IMG/VR virus record: IMGVR_UViG_3300029245_000035
Coordinates: 1-35,085 of that record
Strand: one strand, 5' to 3'
DNA: 35,085 nt
From: a virus
Part shown: piece after piece, positions 7,880-16,191 of the stretch
Layout of the letters: each line of letters begins with the position of its first letter
Numbering within the stretch: position 1 is the stretch's first letter
Translations under genes and position numbers: made by a program
The notes under the pieces: generated by a model
Database searches by the model: none
Seen by the model: only the letters and a program-made list of their open reading frames with translations
What the model was told of the DNA's origin: nothing

Positions 7880-8065
7880 GCTAAGGCACAGGCACTCGTC
7901 GATATTCACGATGGACTCCATCCGGCAGCACTTGCAGTAGACCGGCAAGTCTTTTGCTCTGGTTCCGGGATCGAGCCGAAGGACTTTGCCGCGCCCGCAT
8001 CTCGGGCACATCAGCCATCCGTCCTTTGTGACCAGTTTACCATCATTTCGTTTTGATTGCAACAC
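7865..8065 (-). CDS. Cysteine-rich KTR-type small zinc-ribbon protein
   Basis: CPRCGRGKVLRL...DLPVYCKCC matches the CxxC...(N/D)xP(L/V)YCxxC layout of the Cys-rich KTR family. The start is GTG 8065 or TTG 8062, after AGAGGGTGA. Confidence 0.55.
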   Translation of the reverse strand: MLQSKRNDGKLVTKDGWLMCPRCGRGKVLRLDPGTRAKDLPVYCKCCRMESIVNIDECLCLSACAT

Positions 8066-8148
8066 TTTTCACCCTCTTTTCTGCGTTTGTCACTAAAAAG
8101 CCAATAAGTTACAAGTAATGTCGTGCGCGCGCACGCGCGCGATTCCTT

Positions 8149-8871
8149 TCAGGCTTCCAGCCAAGACGCGCAGTTGTACGAGCCGAACTGCGTGCCCTTG
8201 CTGTTGATCCGCGGCGGCATGAGCGTGTGCTCCGGTATCGCGATCTTGTCGCTCTCGTCGAGCCACACCTCCGGCGCAGGCAGCTTGGCGCGCAGGCTGC
8301 GCGAGCAGCTCCACGGATGCCGCCCGACCGGGATGATGATCCCGTCGCTGCGTTCCTTAGTCAGATAGCGCGCAAGGTATCGGTAGCCCGCTACCTTGCC
8401 ATGCCGCCGGAGCACAGGCCAGTCCGTCACGCCGCCGCAACGCCAGAGGAACTGCGCCTCTGCCGGCGAGAGCTGCCGGTAGTCCGCCACCATGTGTATA
8501 TGATAGCGAGCCTGCCCGTGCAGCCCCTCGATGGCAGTGATCCAGTCAAGCGGCGCACCATCGCGGAAGCGCTCCACACGCCGCAGGAAAGCACGCTGCG
8601 CCTTGCGCACATCCGCAAAGCGCTCGGGCGTATGGTCTGCATCAAACTCAAGCACATAGTGCGTCGCGCTCTTGCCGAGCAGCGCGAGCATCAGCTCCAG
8701 CCGGTCTGTGCTGTCGCGGTTAAGCACCGTCCGCCGCGCCCGCTTGAGCTCACTCTTGGCGCGGCGGTCCTCGTCGGTGTCGAGCGGAGAGTACCGCGGC
8801 GGGATCGTGCCGCGATACTCCTTGACGAGCTTGCCCGCGCGCTGCCGCACGCAGTAGAACCGCTCAGCCAT
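8149..8871 (-). CDS. HUH-superfamily rolling-circle Rep-like protein
   Basis: Ordered motifs THYVLEFD, ARYHIHMV (HUH) and GYRYLARYLTKE (YxxxY/K tyrosine motif). Confidence 0.5.
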   Translation of the reverse strand: MAERFYCVRQRAGKLVKEYRGTIPPRYSPLDTDEDRRAKSELKRARRTVLNRDSTDRLELMLALLGKSATHYVLEFDADHTPERFADVRKAQRAFLRRVERFRDGAPLDWITAIEGLHGQARYHIHMVADYRQLSPAEAQFLWRCGGVTDWPVLRRHGKVAGYRYLARYLTKERSDGIIIPVGRHPWSCSRSLRAKLPAPEVWLDESDKIAIPEHTLMPPRINSKGTQFGSYNCASWLEA

Positions 8872-9088
8872 ACATGCTCCCGACTATGCCGGCGGGCTCG
8901 CCGGAATGGTCGCCCTCAATGATGAACCTTCTTTGCAGCTCATAAAACGCTTGTAGAAACTCCTCACACAGGTTGTAATACAGAACATCATAGGACAGGC
9001 TGCCGTCGGCCAGTGTTGCTGCATACGCCGCATCATTTCGGTCGCAGCCGACGCTCATCAACAGCTTGATCATCCGTTTTCTTGTCAT
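8864..9088 (-). CDS. Hypothetical protein (74 aa)
   Basis: ATG start with an ATGA overlap to the upstream gene. Its end overlaps the next gene by 8 nt. Confidence 0.5.
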   Translation of the reverse strand: MTRKRMIKLLMSVGCDRNDAAYAATLADGSLSYDVLYYNLCEEFLQAFYELQRRFIIEGDHSGEPAGIVGSMYG

Positions 9089-9768
9089 TTCGCCCCTCCG
9101 TATCCGAGCTTGTCCAGCCCCGCGTTGACCGCGCGCCAGTGCTCAATGTCAAACTTCCCGTCGTTGCGCTGCATCAGGTAGAGCTTCGAGGCGTCCAGCC
9201 CGCAGGCCTCGGAGAGCTTGATCATCGAGCCCGGCCCCTTTTCCGACCAGTACCGGTTCAGCCGGGCGTGGATGTCCGCTTTCTCGCTCGACGCCCTCCC
9301 GGCAAACCGCGGCGTTGCCTGACCGACCGCCAACGGCAGCTTGATCTCCGTCGGCTTCGGCACGTCGGGCTTCTCCTCGGGCGGTCTCTCCGGCGGCTCG
9401 ACCGGCTTCGGCTCCGGTCGGCTCACGCCCTCCGCCGCGGGGATGTCGGGCAGCTCCTTCTTGGGAGGGCCCTTTTCCGTGCCCGAATCGGGCACCGAGC
9501 GGACGACGCGCCCGCCAACGACCAGCCCGCCGCCTCCGCCCGCAGGCGTCGGCTTCGGCCCGCCGATCACGACAGGTACGGCGTTCCCCGCGCCCACCTC
9601 CACCGCGCCGAGCGCGGGGAACTCCTCGACCGCGTAGGTCGTGCCAAGCGGCAGCACCAGCGTGCCCGCGCCGAGCGCGTCGCACACATAGGCGCGGAAC
9701 GCCTCGAGCTGCTTGACATCGGCGTGCAGCTCCGGCAGCTTGACGATCAACACCTTACTCCCCGTCAT
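9085..9768 (-). CDS. Hypothetical protein with Pro-rich linker and C-terminal HTH-like domain
   Basis: Start at MTGSKVLIVKLPEL (ATG 9768, ATGA overlap with the upstream stop). PEPKPVEPPERPPEEKPDVPKP linker. Contains a palindrome copy. Confidence 0.6.
   Translation of the reverse strand: MTGSKVLIVKLPELHADVKQLEAFRAYVCDALGAGTLVLPLGTTYAVEEFPALGAVEVGAGNAVPVVIGGPKPTPAGGGGGLVVGGRVVRSVPDSGTEKGPPKKELPDIPAAEGVSRPEPKPVEPPERPPEEKPDVPKPTEIKLPLAVGQATPRFAGRASSEKADIHARLNRYWSEKGPGSMIKLSEACGLDASKLYLMQRNDGKFDIEHWRAVNAGLDKLGYGGAK
9479..9495. repeat. 17-bp palindrome GTGCCCGAATCGGGCAC (perfect copy)
   Basis: Read directly. Encodes VPDSGT in the linker of the 9085-9768 protein. Confidence 0.95.
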
Positions 9769-10019
9769 AGCTCCACCCCTTCCAGCGCCTTGCGCAGGTC
9801 GATAAAGCGTCCGCCGAGGCCCTTGTCCACCAGCTCCTGCAGCGCGTCGAGCGTCAGCTCGGCGTCCTTGGCGCGGTAGACGTCCTCGCACAGACTCTCC
9901 ATGTCGCACAGCTTCACGGCCGCGCCGTAGAGCCGCGCCGGGCAGGAGAGCAGGCTCACGCCCTCGATGCCCCACGCCCCGTCCGGCGTCTTGTAGGTCA
10001 AGCGTCTAAATTCAGGCAT
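9765..10019 (-). CDS. Hypothetical protein (84 aa)
   Basis: ATG 10019 (MPEFRRLTYK) follows GGAGGTG. The ORF-track GTG at 10073 is less likely. Confidence 0.55.
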   Translation of the reverse strand: MPEFRRLTYKTPDGAWGIEGVSLLSCPARLYGAAVKLCDMESLCEDVYRAKDAELTLDALQELVDKGLGGRFIDLRKALEGVEL

Positions 10020-10305
10020 TGTCCGCACCTCCGTCCATCTTTGCCCCGCAGTACCTGCAATAGTAGCTATCACTGCTCTCTGCGTTTCCGCATTCGCTGC
10101 AAGTGATTACGCCGTCATCATGGTAAATCCACCGACCATGCACCACCGGCGCAACGTCGGCGGCTGGGAAGCGGGCGATCATCGCTACAAAGTGTGCGTG
10201 CTCACAGTCATGAATAATATGAGCCATACCACGTGGATGGGGGTTGTCGTGCTGGCTTTCCAGCACCGCTTGACGCAGCGCATCACGGTCGATGTATTCA
10301 TTCAT
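10012..10305 (-). CDS. Hypothetical protein with C-terminal zinc ribbon (97 aa)
   Basis: Start at MNEYIDRDAL (ATG 10305). C-terminus has CSECG...CRYCG. Confidence 0.6.
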   Translation of the reverse strand: MNEYIDRDALRQAVLESQHDNPHPRGMAHIIHDCEHAHFVAMIARFPAADVAPVVHGRWIYHDDGVITCSECGNAESSDSYYCRYCGAKMDGGADNA

Positions 10306-10585
10306 CGTTCTCAATCCTTTCCCACAGCCGCCGGACCTTGTGTGCCCGCTGCTCCGCCACCGCGTCCTCGACCTCAAACTCGATCGCCATTTGATCGAGC
10401 ATGATCCCGACGTCGGCGATCTCCTCGGCGATGTTGGCGAGCGTGTCACCGTCCACACGCCCGCGCAGAAATTTGCACAGCACGTCCTGCAGCTCGGCCA
10501 TCTCCTCAAAGGCCATCGTGATCTGCGCCTGCGCGCCGTAGCGGCTGAGCGCCGCGCAGAAGGTCTTGCGTTCCATGTCAGTCAT
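10298..10585 (-). CDS. MazG-like nucleotide pyrophosphohydrolase (small all-alpha type)
   Basis: EEMAELQDVLCKFLRG and EEIADVGIMLDQ EExx(E/D) motifs. AAAGGAG lies upstream of the ATG. Confidence 0.7.
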   Translation of the reverse strand: MTDMERKTFCAALSRYGAQAQITMAFEEMAELQDVLCKFLRGRVDGDTLANIAEEIADVGIMLDQMAIEFEVEDAVAEQRAHKVRRLWERIENDE

Positions 10586-10601
10586 TTGTCAGCTCCTTTA
10601 A

Positions 10602-11786
10602 TCACTTGAAATGCGGTAAAGGATCGTCCGTCAGACCGCAAAGGTAGTCCATCGTCGTGCCGAGCGTCAGCGCCAGCTTGGGCAGCGAGCCCGCACCGGC
10701 AAGGCTGTTGTTTTCCCACGCGCTGTAGGTGCCGGGATACTCGCCGATACTCTCGGCGAACTCCTTGCGCGTCAGGCCGGTCGCCTCGCGCAGAGCCTTG
10801 ACGCGCTCGCAGAATTTCGGCGTCATGTTCTTGAGCCGAGGATCGTCGGCTGCCGGATTTCGGGGCACGGAAGGCTCCTGCTCCTTCGGCGGCCGCTCTG
10901 CGACAACAAAGCGGCACGCAGAAAAGCAGGTGTCACGGTTGCGGCATTCGCGGCAGCAGCCGGCACAGCGCCACTCGCCATAGCGATAACGGTCAGCGTA
11001 CATCCGTGCGGCATTCGGGCAGAAGCCGCCGGTATCAGGGCATTTGTGCTTGCAGCAGGTCCAGCAGGTCGAAAACTCGCGCACATTGTTGATCGTCCAT
11101 GTGCGGTGATTGTCGATCACCCAATCCAGCAGCCTGTACTGCGTCTCGTCGTCCATGCGGGCGATCTCAAGCGCGGCGGCCTCGGGCAGCTCGCCCTTCT
11201 CCCACCGGGCGATGATGCCCGGCACCTTGAGGCCCTTTTTGATGACCTGCAGGTTGCCGACCTTCGTCGCGTTGATCTGCATCTCCTTGGCGATCCAGTC
11301 GCGAAGCCCGACCGGGAACGCCTCGCCGGCCTTTTTGCGCCGAATATAAGTCTCTTTAAGCTTCTCGGCCTCCTGCGCGAGCAGCGCGTTGGACTTCACG
11401 CGCTGGCGGTTTGCCTCGATCACGGCACAGAGCTCCTGCTCCTCCGTCATCGCGGGAAGCACCCGGCAGAGCACGGTGGAGAACTGCTTCGCGACGGCCT
11501 CGTCCCGATTCGCCGCGAGCAGCCGCAGCGCCGCCATGCGGCTGTGTCCAGAGATCAGGCGATACTTGCCGTCCTCCGCCGGCACGACGGTCGGCGGCTC
11601 GAGCAATCCGTTGGCCTGGATGGACTCCATCAGCGCGCCGAGCGCGTTGTTGTCGGGGCGCGGGTAGAAGTTGCGCGGATTGTCGAGGATGTCACCGACC
11701 GGGATCTCGCGCGTCATGCCCGAATCGGGCAAATCCGCGCGGTCGGGCAGAGCCTCGGCAAATTTCGTGATGTCAAACTTCGCCAT
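10602..11786 (-). CDS. ParB-like N-terminal domain protein with Cys-rich centre and C-terminal XRE HTH
   Basis: ParB/Srx block: GLLEPPTVVPAEDGKYRLISGHSRMAAL. Cys cluster: CWTCCKHKCPDTGGFCP...CAGCCRECRNRDTCFSAC. C-terminal HTH: GLTRKEFAESIG...YSAWEN. The ATG is at 11786. Confidence 0.8.
   Translation of the reverse strand: MAKFDITKFAEALPDRADLPDSGMTREIPVGDILDNPRNFYPRPDNNALGALMESIQANGLLEPPTVVPAEDGKYRLISGHSRMAALRLLAANRDEAVAKQFSTVLCRVLPAMTEEQELCAVIEANRQRVKSNALLAQEAEKLKETYIRRKKAGEAFPVGLRDWIAKEMQINATKVGNLQVIKKGLKVPGIIARWEKGELPEAAALEIARMDDETQYRLLDWVIDNHRTWTINNVREFSTCWTCCKHKCPDTGGFCPNAARMYADRYRYGEWRCAGCCRECRNRDTCFSACRFVVAERPPKEQEPSVPRNPAADDPRLKNMTPKFCERVKALREATGLTRKEFAESIGEYPGTYSAWENNSLAGAGSLPKLALTLGTTMDYLCGLTDDPLPHFK
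11716..11732. repeat. Palindrome near-copy ATGCCCGAATCGGGCAA (15/17, both outer bases differ)
   Basis: Read directly. Lies in the N-terminus of the ParB-like gene, near the parA/parB junction. Confidence 0.8.
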
Positions 11787-12558
11787 GACCAAGCTCCTCT
11801 CCGAGATATTCTGCCACCCAGCGGCGGTAGTCCTGCGTCGCCACGCTCCGCGGGCAGTAGTCGATCAACGGTTTTTTCTCAAACGTGGTCTCCACGACCT
11901 TATCCGTGCGCCGAATGACCTGCTCAAAGACCGGGATCCCGCGTTGGCGCAGCAAGGTCTCGCCCTCGCGCACAACCTCGCTGCTGTTCCGCATTGTGAC
12001 GAGCACACCGGCAATCCGCACGTCGGGACGCGCACGACGCAGGCTGCGGATCTGAGCGCGCACGCTCTCGAGGCCGTCAAAGACAAAACCGTCGATCTTC
12101 GCGGGGACAATCACCTCGTCACAGGCAAACAGCGCGTTGACACTCGCCACGGTGTACCCAGGGGGACAATCGAGGATGCAGTAGTCCGCGCCGTTGTCAT
12201 CCTCTGCCGCGCGGACGAAATCATACAGAACACGCGTGCGCCGCATACCCTCGTGCAGCGCGTTGCAGTCGATGTCATAGAGCTCCGAGGATGCGGGTAC
12301 AAGCAGCATCGACGGCGAGAGCGTGATGGCGGAATCGCTCCAGAGCGGCTCCGCCATGCCAAGCAAAAGCGTTGCAACGTTGCTGTCCGAGTCGGGGTCG
12401 TAGCCCGGCTTGTAAAAGTTCGTCAGATTGCATTGTCCGTCGCAGTCGATCAGCAGCACGCGCTTTCCGTAGTCATGTACGAGGATCTCTGCGAGGTTGA
12501 TGGCGGTGACGGTCTTGCCGACGCCGCCTTTGTTGTTCATGATCGCAATGGTTTTCAT
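11773..12558 (-). CDS. parA: ParA/Soj-type partition ATPase
   Basis: MKTIAIMNNKGGVGKT (deviant Walker A), LLIDCDGQCN and ILDCPPG. ATG 12558 follows ACAGGAGAA. The longer ORF-track N-terminus is Arg-rich junk. Confidence 0.9.
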   Translation of the reverse strand: MKTIAIMNNKGGVGKTVTAINLAEILVHDYGKRVLLIDCDGQCNLTNFYKPGYDPDSDSNVATLLLGMAEPLWSDSAITLSPSMLLVPASSELYDIDCNALHEGMRRTRVLYDFVRAAEDDNGADYCILDCPPGYTVASVNALFACDEVIVPAKIDGFVFDGLESVRAQIRSLRRARPDVRIAGVLVTMRNSSEVVREGETLLRQRGIPVFEQVIRRTDKVVETTFEKKPLIDYCPRSVATQDYRRWVAEYLGEELGHGEV

Positions 12559-12581
12559 GTCGTTCTCCTGTTTTTTCTCTG

Positions 12582-12767
12582 TCAGAATTTGAAGCCCTCG
12601 CGGACCTTTACGCCGTCGCCGAGGTCGGCCTCGACGAGGAACCAGCGGTGCGCGCGGTTGATGTACACGATGCGCCCGGGCAGCAGCCGCGGAAGCTCCC
12701 GATGTCCGGGGCCGATGGCCGCGCCGATGTCCGCCAAAATGGCGTGGGGATCTCCGATTCTTGGCAT
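12582..12767 (-). CDS. Hypothetical protein (61 aa)
   Basis: ATG start. Fills the gap between dnaB and parA on the same strand. Only a weak purine-rich Shine-Dalgarno (SD) sequence. Confidence 0.4.
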   Translation of the reverse strand: MPRIGDPHAILADIGAAIGPGHRELPRLLPGRIVYINRAHRWFLVEADLGDGVKVREGFKF

Positions 12768-12796
12768 GTCGTTTCTCTCTTTCTCTCAATTTTTTT

Positions 12797-14158
12797 TCAG
12801 AACGGCGCCTCTGTATCCGGCGGCAGCTCCTCCAGCCGGAGCTGGCCGTCGCTGTGCGCCCGGCGCTGCTGCTTGACAAAGTTGCCCTTATCCACAAAGC
12901 CACGCATCGCCTTGGAGCCCTCGGTGTGCTGGAAGTCGATCATGGCAAACTTCTGATGCGCACCGTCAAAGCTCGCGACCAGCGTAGTGCGCGGGCCGTT
13001 CTTCTGCTTGGCGATTTTGATGTACCGGTTGTCGTTGACGTCAAAGCGCTTGTCATTCTCCGACGGGCGGAAAATGAACATGACCGTGTCGGCGTCCTGC
13101 TCGATCTGGCCGCTCTCGCGCAGGTCCGGGAGATCCGGCTGCCGCCAACCGCCCTTTTCCTGTCGGCTGAGCTGCGAGAGCTCAAAGACCAGCGTTTTAG
13201 ACCGCTGCGCAAAGGCGTGCAGCGCGCGGGAGATCTGCGCGATCTCCTCCTGCCGGTTTGGGTTCGAGCGCTCCGGCTGGATAAGCTGCAGGTAGTCCAC
13301 GAAAATGACCTCGAACTGGCAGGCCTCCGCCTCCGCGATGATCTCTGCAGCCGTCGCGGTGGGGCAGTGGACCAGCTTGAACATACGCTCCGCGAGCTGC
13401 TCGTGATGCGCGGCGATCGCGTCATAGTCCTTTTGCTTGAGCCGATAGTTGACCGAATCGTCCATGCCGATGCCGAAGGTCTCGGCAATGAGGCGGTCCT
13501 CAACATCGGGATGGTCTGTCTCCAGCGAGAAGAAGCCGACGCGGCGCGTCTTGGCGATCTCGCGGGCGATCTGCAGCGCGAAGGCCGTCTTGCCGTGACC
13601 GGGACGGGCCGCGACAACCACGACGTGCCCGAGGCGCGTATGCACCGCGTCGTCCAGCTCGCGCAGGCCGTAGCGGACATAGTTTTTGTCCTCGCCCTTG
13701 GACTGGCGCTCCATGTAGTTCGCGAGCAGCTGCGCGGCGTCGTAAATCTCAAAGCGGCGCTTGCCGGCGGAGAGCTTGCGGATGTCCTCAAGCAGCGGGC
13801 CGTATTGGTCCGTATCCGGTGCGTCCAGCAGTTTCTGCGCCAGATCCCGCACGCGGCGCTTGGTCGCCTCGTCCTGCATGATCGCGGCGTAGGCTTCCCA
13901 GTTGGCAGCGGTCGGCGTGACCTCAAGCAGCTGCAGCAGATAGTCGCTGTAGTCCTGCCCGATTCGGGCGCGGACCGTCACGCCGTCGATGGGCTTGCCG
14001 TGGATGTACATATCGCGCATGGCGGCGAAGATCATCCGATCCGCGTCGAGAGCAAAATCATCCTCGCGCACCGTGTGGATCACGTCGGGCAAGATGCGCT
14101 CGTCCTGCAGCATCGAGCCGAGCAGTGCCTGCTCGGCGCTCAAGCCTCGCTCGCTCAT
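12797..14158 (-). CDS. dnaB: Replicative DNA helicase, DnaB family
   Basis: N-terminal EQALLGSMLQD. Walker A VVVAARPGHGKTAFALQIA. Walker B FEVIFVDYLQLI. Also ELSQLSRQ. Confidence 0.92.
   Translation of the reverse strand: MSERGLSAEQALLGSMLQDERILPDVIHTVREDDFALDADRMIFAAMRDMYIHGKPIDGVTVRARIGQDYSDYLLQLLEVTPTAANWEAYAAIMQDEATKRRVRDLAQKLLDAPDTDQYGPLLEDIRKLSAGKRRFEIYDAAQLLANYMERQSKGEDKNYVRYGLRELDDAVHTRLGHVVVVAARPGHGKTAFALQIAREIAKTRRVGFFSLETDHPDVEDRLIAETFGIGMDDSVNYRLKQKDYDAIAAHHEQLAERMFKLVHCPTATAAEIIAEAEACQFEVIFVDYLQLIQPERSNPNRQEEIAQISRALHAFAQRSKTLVFELSQLSRQEKGGWRQPDLPDLRESGQIEQDADTVMFIFRPSENDKRFDVNDNRYIKIAKQKNGPRTTLVASFDGAHQKFAMIDFQHTEGSKAMRGFVDKGNFVKQQRRAHSDGQLRLEELPPDTEAPF
13955..13971. repeat. 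Palindrome near-copy CTGCCCGATTCGGGCGC (15/17, 13-bp core intact)
   Basis: Read directly. Lies inside dnaB, in a different reading frame (RARIGQ). Confidence 0.75.
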
Positions 14159-14913
14159 CAGTACACCCCCAGCTTGACCTCATCGCAGGCGGGCGCGTCA
14201 CGCTGCGCCGGGCGCTTGGCCTTGGCGTCCTCCCAGCGCCGGCCGTTGAGGAAGGTCGAGGCATACGGAATGCCGACGCCGTCCCGCCACGCGGGCGAAG
14301 CCTTGAGTATCTGCAGCGCTCGGCCTATCGTCTCGATCAGCGCGTCGTCCGGCTTGAGCTTGTCCCAGGCGCGGACCGCGCCCATGCGGTTCTCCCCGCG
14401 GGGGTAGTAGGCCCAGAAGCCCTCAAAGCGCTCCGGCTTCCACTCAGGCGTCGTCTTGCTGCGCCGATTTCTCGGCTCCTCGCCGTCCCCCTTGGGGGGA
14501 CTATAGGGGGGTATAATATAATCTTTAGTCTCTACGTTCTTACTTTGGGTCGGAAACTCCGTTGACGGTGTTTCCCGACGACGGTTTTCACCGTTGTCGG
14601 TGTTTTCCGACAACGGTGGCTTTTCCTGCAAAACGTAGGTGTTCGCGGAAAAGCGCCCGCTGCCGTCATGCGATTGCTCGCGCATCAGATAACCGACCTC
14701 CTCAAGCCGTCCCACGAGGCGGCGCACCGTGTCCTTGCCGACGCCGCGCTCCTTCGCCATGCCGGAGATCGTGAACTCCCAGTCAGGCGGCTTGTCGAGC
14801 ATGTAGGTCAGAAATCCGAGCATCTCAAAGCTCAGGCGCGTGTCTCGGATCGCGGACTTATACAGGACGGTAAACGGCTCACGATGGCCGGACTTTATTA
14901 CGCCCTCGCTCAT
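14158..14913 (-). CDS. Replication initiator / replisome organizer (winged-helix N-domain)
   Basis: FTVLYKSAIRD...LGFLTYMLDKPPDWEF...GVGKDTVRRLVGRLEEVGYL. C-terminal ...FWAYYPRGENRMGAVRAW...TFLNGRRWED. Directly upstream of dnaB. ATG 14913 follows GGAGGAAAGT (the alternative is 14925). Confidence 0.7.
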   Translation of the reverse strand: MSEGVIKSGHREPFTVLYKSAIRDTRLSFEMLGFLTYMLDKPPDWEFTISGMAKERGVGKDTVRRLVGRLEEVGYLMREQSHDGSGRFSANTYVLQEKPPLSENTDNGENRRRETPSTEFPTQSKNVETKDYIIPPYSPPKGDGEEPRNRRSKTTPEWKPERFEGFWAYYPRGENRMGAVRAWDKLKPDDALIETIGRALQILKASPAWRDGVGIPYASTFLNGRRWEDAKAKRPAQRDAPACDEVKLGVY

Positions 14914-15007
14914 ACTTTCCTCCATCCAAATAAACGATGATCTTCATCAGCCGCTCCGTGAGAGACGTGACGCCGACGAGGATCAGGAAGGTGTCCAGCC
15001 CCGTCAT
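14879..15007 (-). CDS. Possible small hydrophobic protein (42 aa)
   Basis: ATG 15007 forms an ATGA overlap with the upstream stop. However, it overlaps the next gene start by about 35 nt. Confidence 0.25.
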   Translation of the reverse strand: MTGLDTFLILVGVTSLTERLMKIIVYLDGGKYERGRNKVRPS

Positions 15008-15567
15008 GCGCGCGCCTCCCCTCGGAAGGTGTTGACATTCGTCTGTTTCTGCGATATACTGTGCTTGCAATGGTTTTCAGAGCTCCTGCTCTGGGGACGG
15101 GAACGCTTCGAGGTGCCAGCCTCGGGGCGTTCTTTTTTTGCGTCCGCGTAGATCACCTGATAGGCCGCGGCGATGGTCTCGCGCAGGTCCTGCACGATGT
15201 CGTCAAACTCGGGGCGCTCCGCGTCGTCGATCACGCCGTCCTCGGCGATGCGCAGCAGTCCGGCCAGCCGGTCCGCTGCGTCGCGCAGGCGGTTGGTCAG
15301 CGAGATGGTCGCCATCGGCAGGGGCTTGGGCTCCAGCTCCGGCAGGATGCCGAGCCGGTCGGTTGCCTTCGCGTGCTCCAGCGCCAGCCAGCTCACGCCG
15401 TAGACCGCGCACATCCGCGCTACGGTCTCGTCCGGCGGTGTGAGCCGTCCGCCCTCGTAGCGCTTGAGCGTTTCGGGCGAGATGTGCAGCCGCTCCGCCG
15501 CCTCCTCCTGCGTCAAAAGTGTCGTTTTTCTCCCTCTTTGGTAGAGATTCGGGTACAGTGCCGACAT
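15004..15567 (-). CDS. XRE-family HTH protein (187 aa)
   Basis: LTQEEAAERLHISPETLKRYEGG HTH. AAAGGAGG lies upstream. Confidence 0.75.
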   Translation of the reverse strand: MSALYPNLYQRGRKTTLLTQEEAAERLHISPETLKRYEGGRLTPPDETVARMCAVYGVSWLALEHAKATDRLGILPELEPKPLPMATISLTNRLRDAADRLAGLLRIAEDGVIDDAERPEFDDIVQDLRETIAAAYQVIYADAKKERPEAGTSKRSRPQSRSSENHCKHSISQKQTNVNTFRGEARA

Positions 15568-15596
15568 GGTAAAATGTCCTCCTTTGTGTTATGATT

Positions 15597-15836
15597 TTAA
15601 TAGCGGATGGCCTCGCGCAGCTCCTCGATCGGGATGCCGAGCGCACGGCCCAGCCGCCGCAGCTCGCCGAGCGTAAGGTCCTCGGGCTTCGCCTTCCGTC
15701 GGGCAACCGTCGTGCGCGAGATGTTCGCCTTGTCGCCTAACTGCTCGTTCGTCAGGCCCCGAACATCCGCCATGCCCCAGATCAGGGCGACGAGCTTCTC
15801 GTTGCTCGTGTTGCGGCCTAAATTTACGCGCGGCAT
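15597..15836 (-). CDS. Small HTH DNA-binding protein (79 aa)
   Basis: LTNEQLGDKANISRTTVARRK. Strong GTGAGGAGG SD sequence. Confidence 0.7.
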   Translation of the reverse strand: MPRVNLGRNTSNEKLVALIWGMADVRGLTNEQLGDKANISRTTVARRKAKPEDLTLGELRRLGRALGIPIEELREAIRY

Positions 15837-15848
15837 GTCATCGCCTCC

Positions 15849-16127
15849 TCACTTTCCTGCGGCCAGCGCTCTCGCGTCTGCCGCGCCCTTGGCCGCCACC
15901 GCGGCCCTCGCCGTCTCGCTCGCCGCGCGCAGCGCCTCGTCGTCGTAGAGATCACCGACCTCGCAGTCGAGCATCGCCGCCAAAACAGGCAGCTTGTCCG
16001 CGGACGGTGCCACCACGCCGTTCTCCCATTGAGCGATGGCCTGATAGCTGACCGCCGCCGCCTCCGCCAGCTCGTAGCGCGTCATGCCGCGCGCCTCGCG
16101 CAGTGCGCGGATTCGGAATCTTGTCAA
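15849..16127 (-). CDS. XRE-family HTH protein, Cro-like candidate
   Basis: IRALREARGMTRYELAEAAAVSYQAIAQWENG. TTG start at 16127 after AAAGGGTG. The first ATG would truncate helix 1. Confidence 0.7.
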   Translation of the reverse strand: MTRFRIRALREARGMTRYELAEAAAVSYQAIAQWENGVVAPSADKLPVLAAMLDCEVGDLYDDEALRAASETARAAVAAKGAADARALAAGK

Positions 16128-16145
16128 TTCTTCACACCCTTTCTA

Positions 16146-16174
16146 TTGATTTCGTCAAAAATGTGTGGTATAAG
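16146..16174 (+). promoter_or_regulatory. Near-consensus sigma-70-type promoter facing the repressor gene, antisense to early genes
   Basis: TTGATT (16146-16151), a 17-nt spacer ending in TGG (extended -10), then TATAAG (16169-16174). Confidence 0.5.
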
Positions 16175-16191
16175 TTAAAGCGTGCCTTTAA
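16175..16191. promoter_or_regulatory. Operator-like palindrome TTAAAG-N5-CTTTAA (O2)
   Basis: Read directly. Immediately downstream of the -10 at 16169-16174. Same half-sites as 16654-16670. Confidence 0.55.

Noticed and set aside
12761-14407. 548-aa plus-strand ORF opposite dnaB. The same class includes 26017-27177, 27968-29083, 29300-30160, 30497-32311 and 32327-33361.
   Set aside because: Same reasoning: these are low-complexity antisense frames of confidently identified minus-strand genes.
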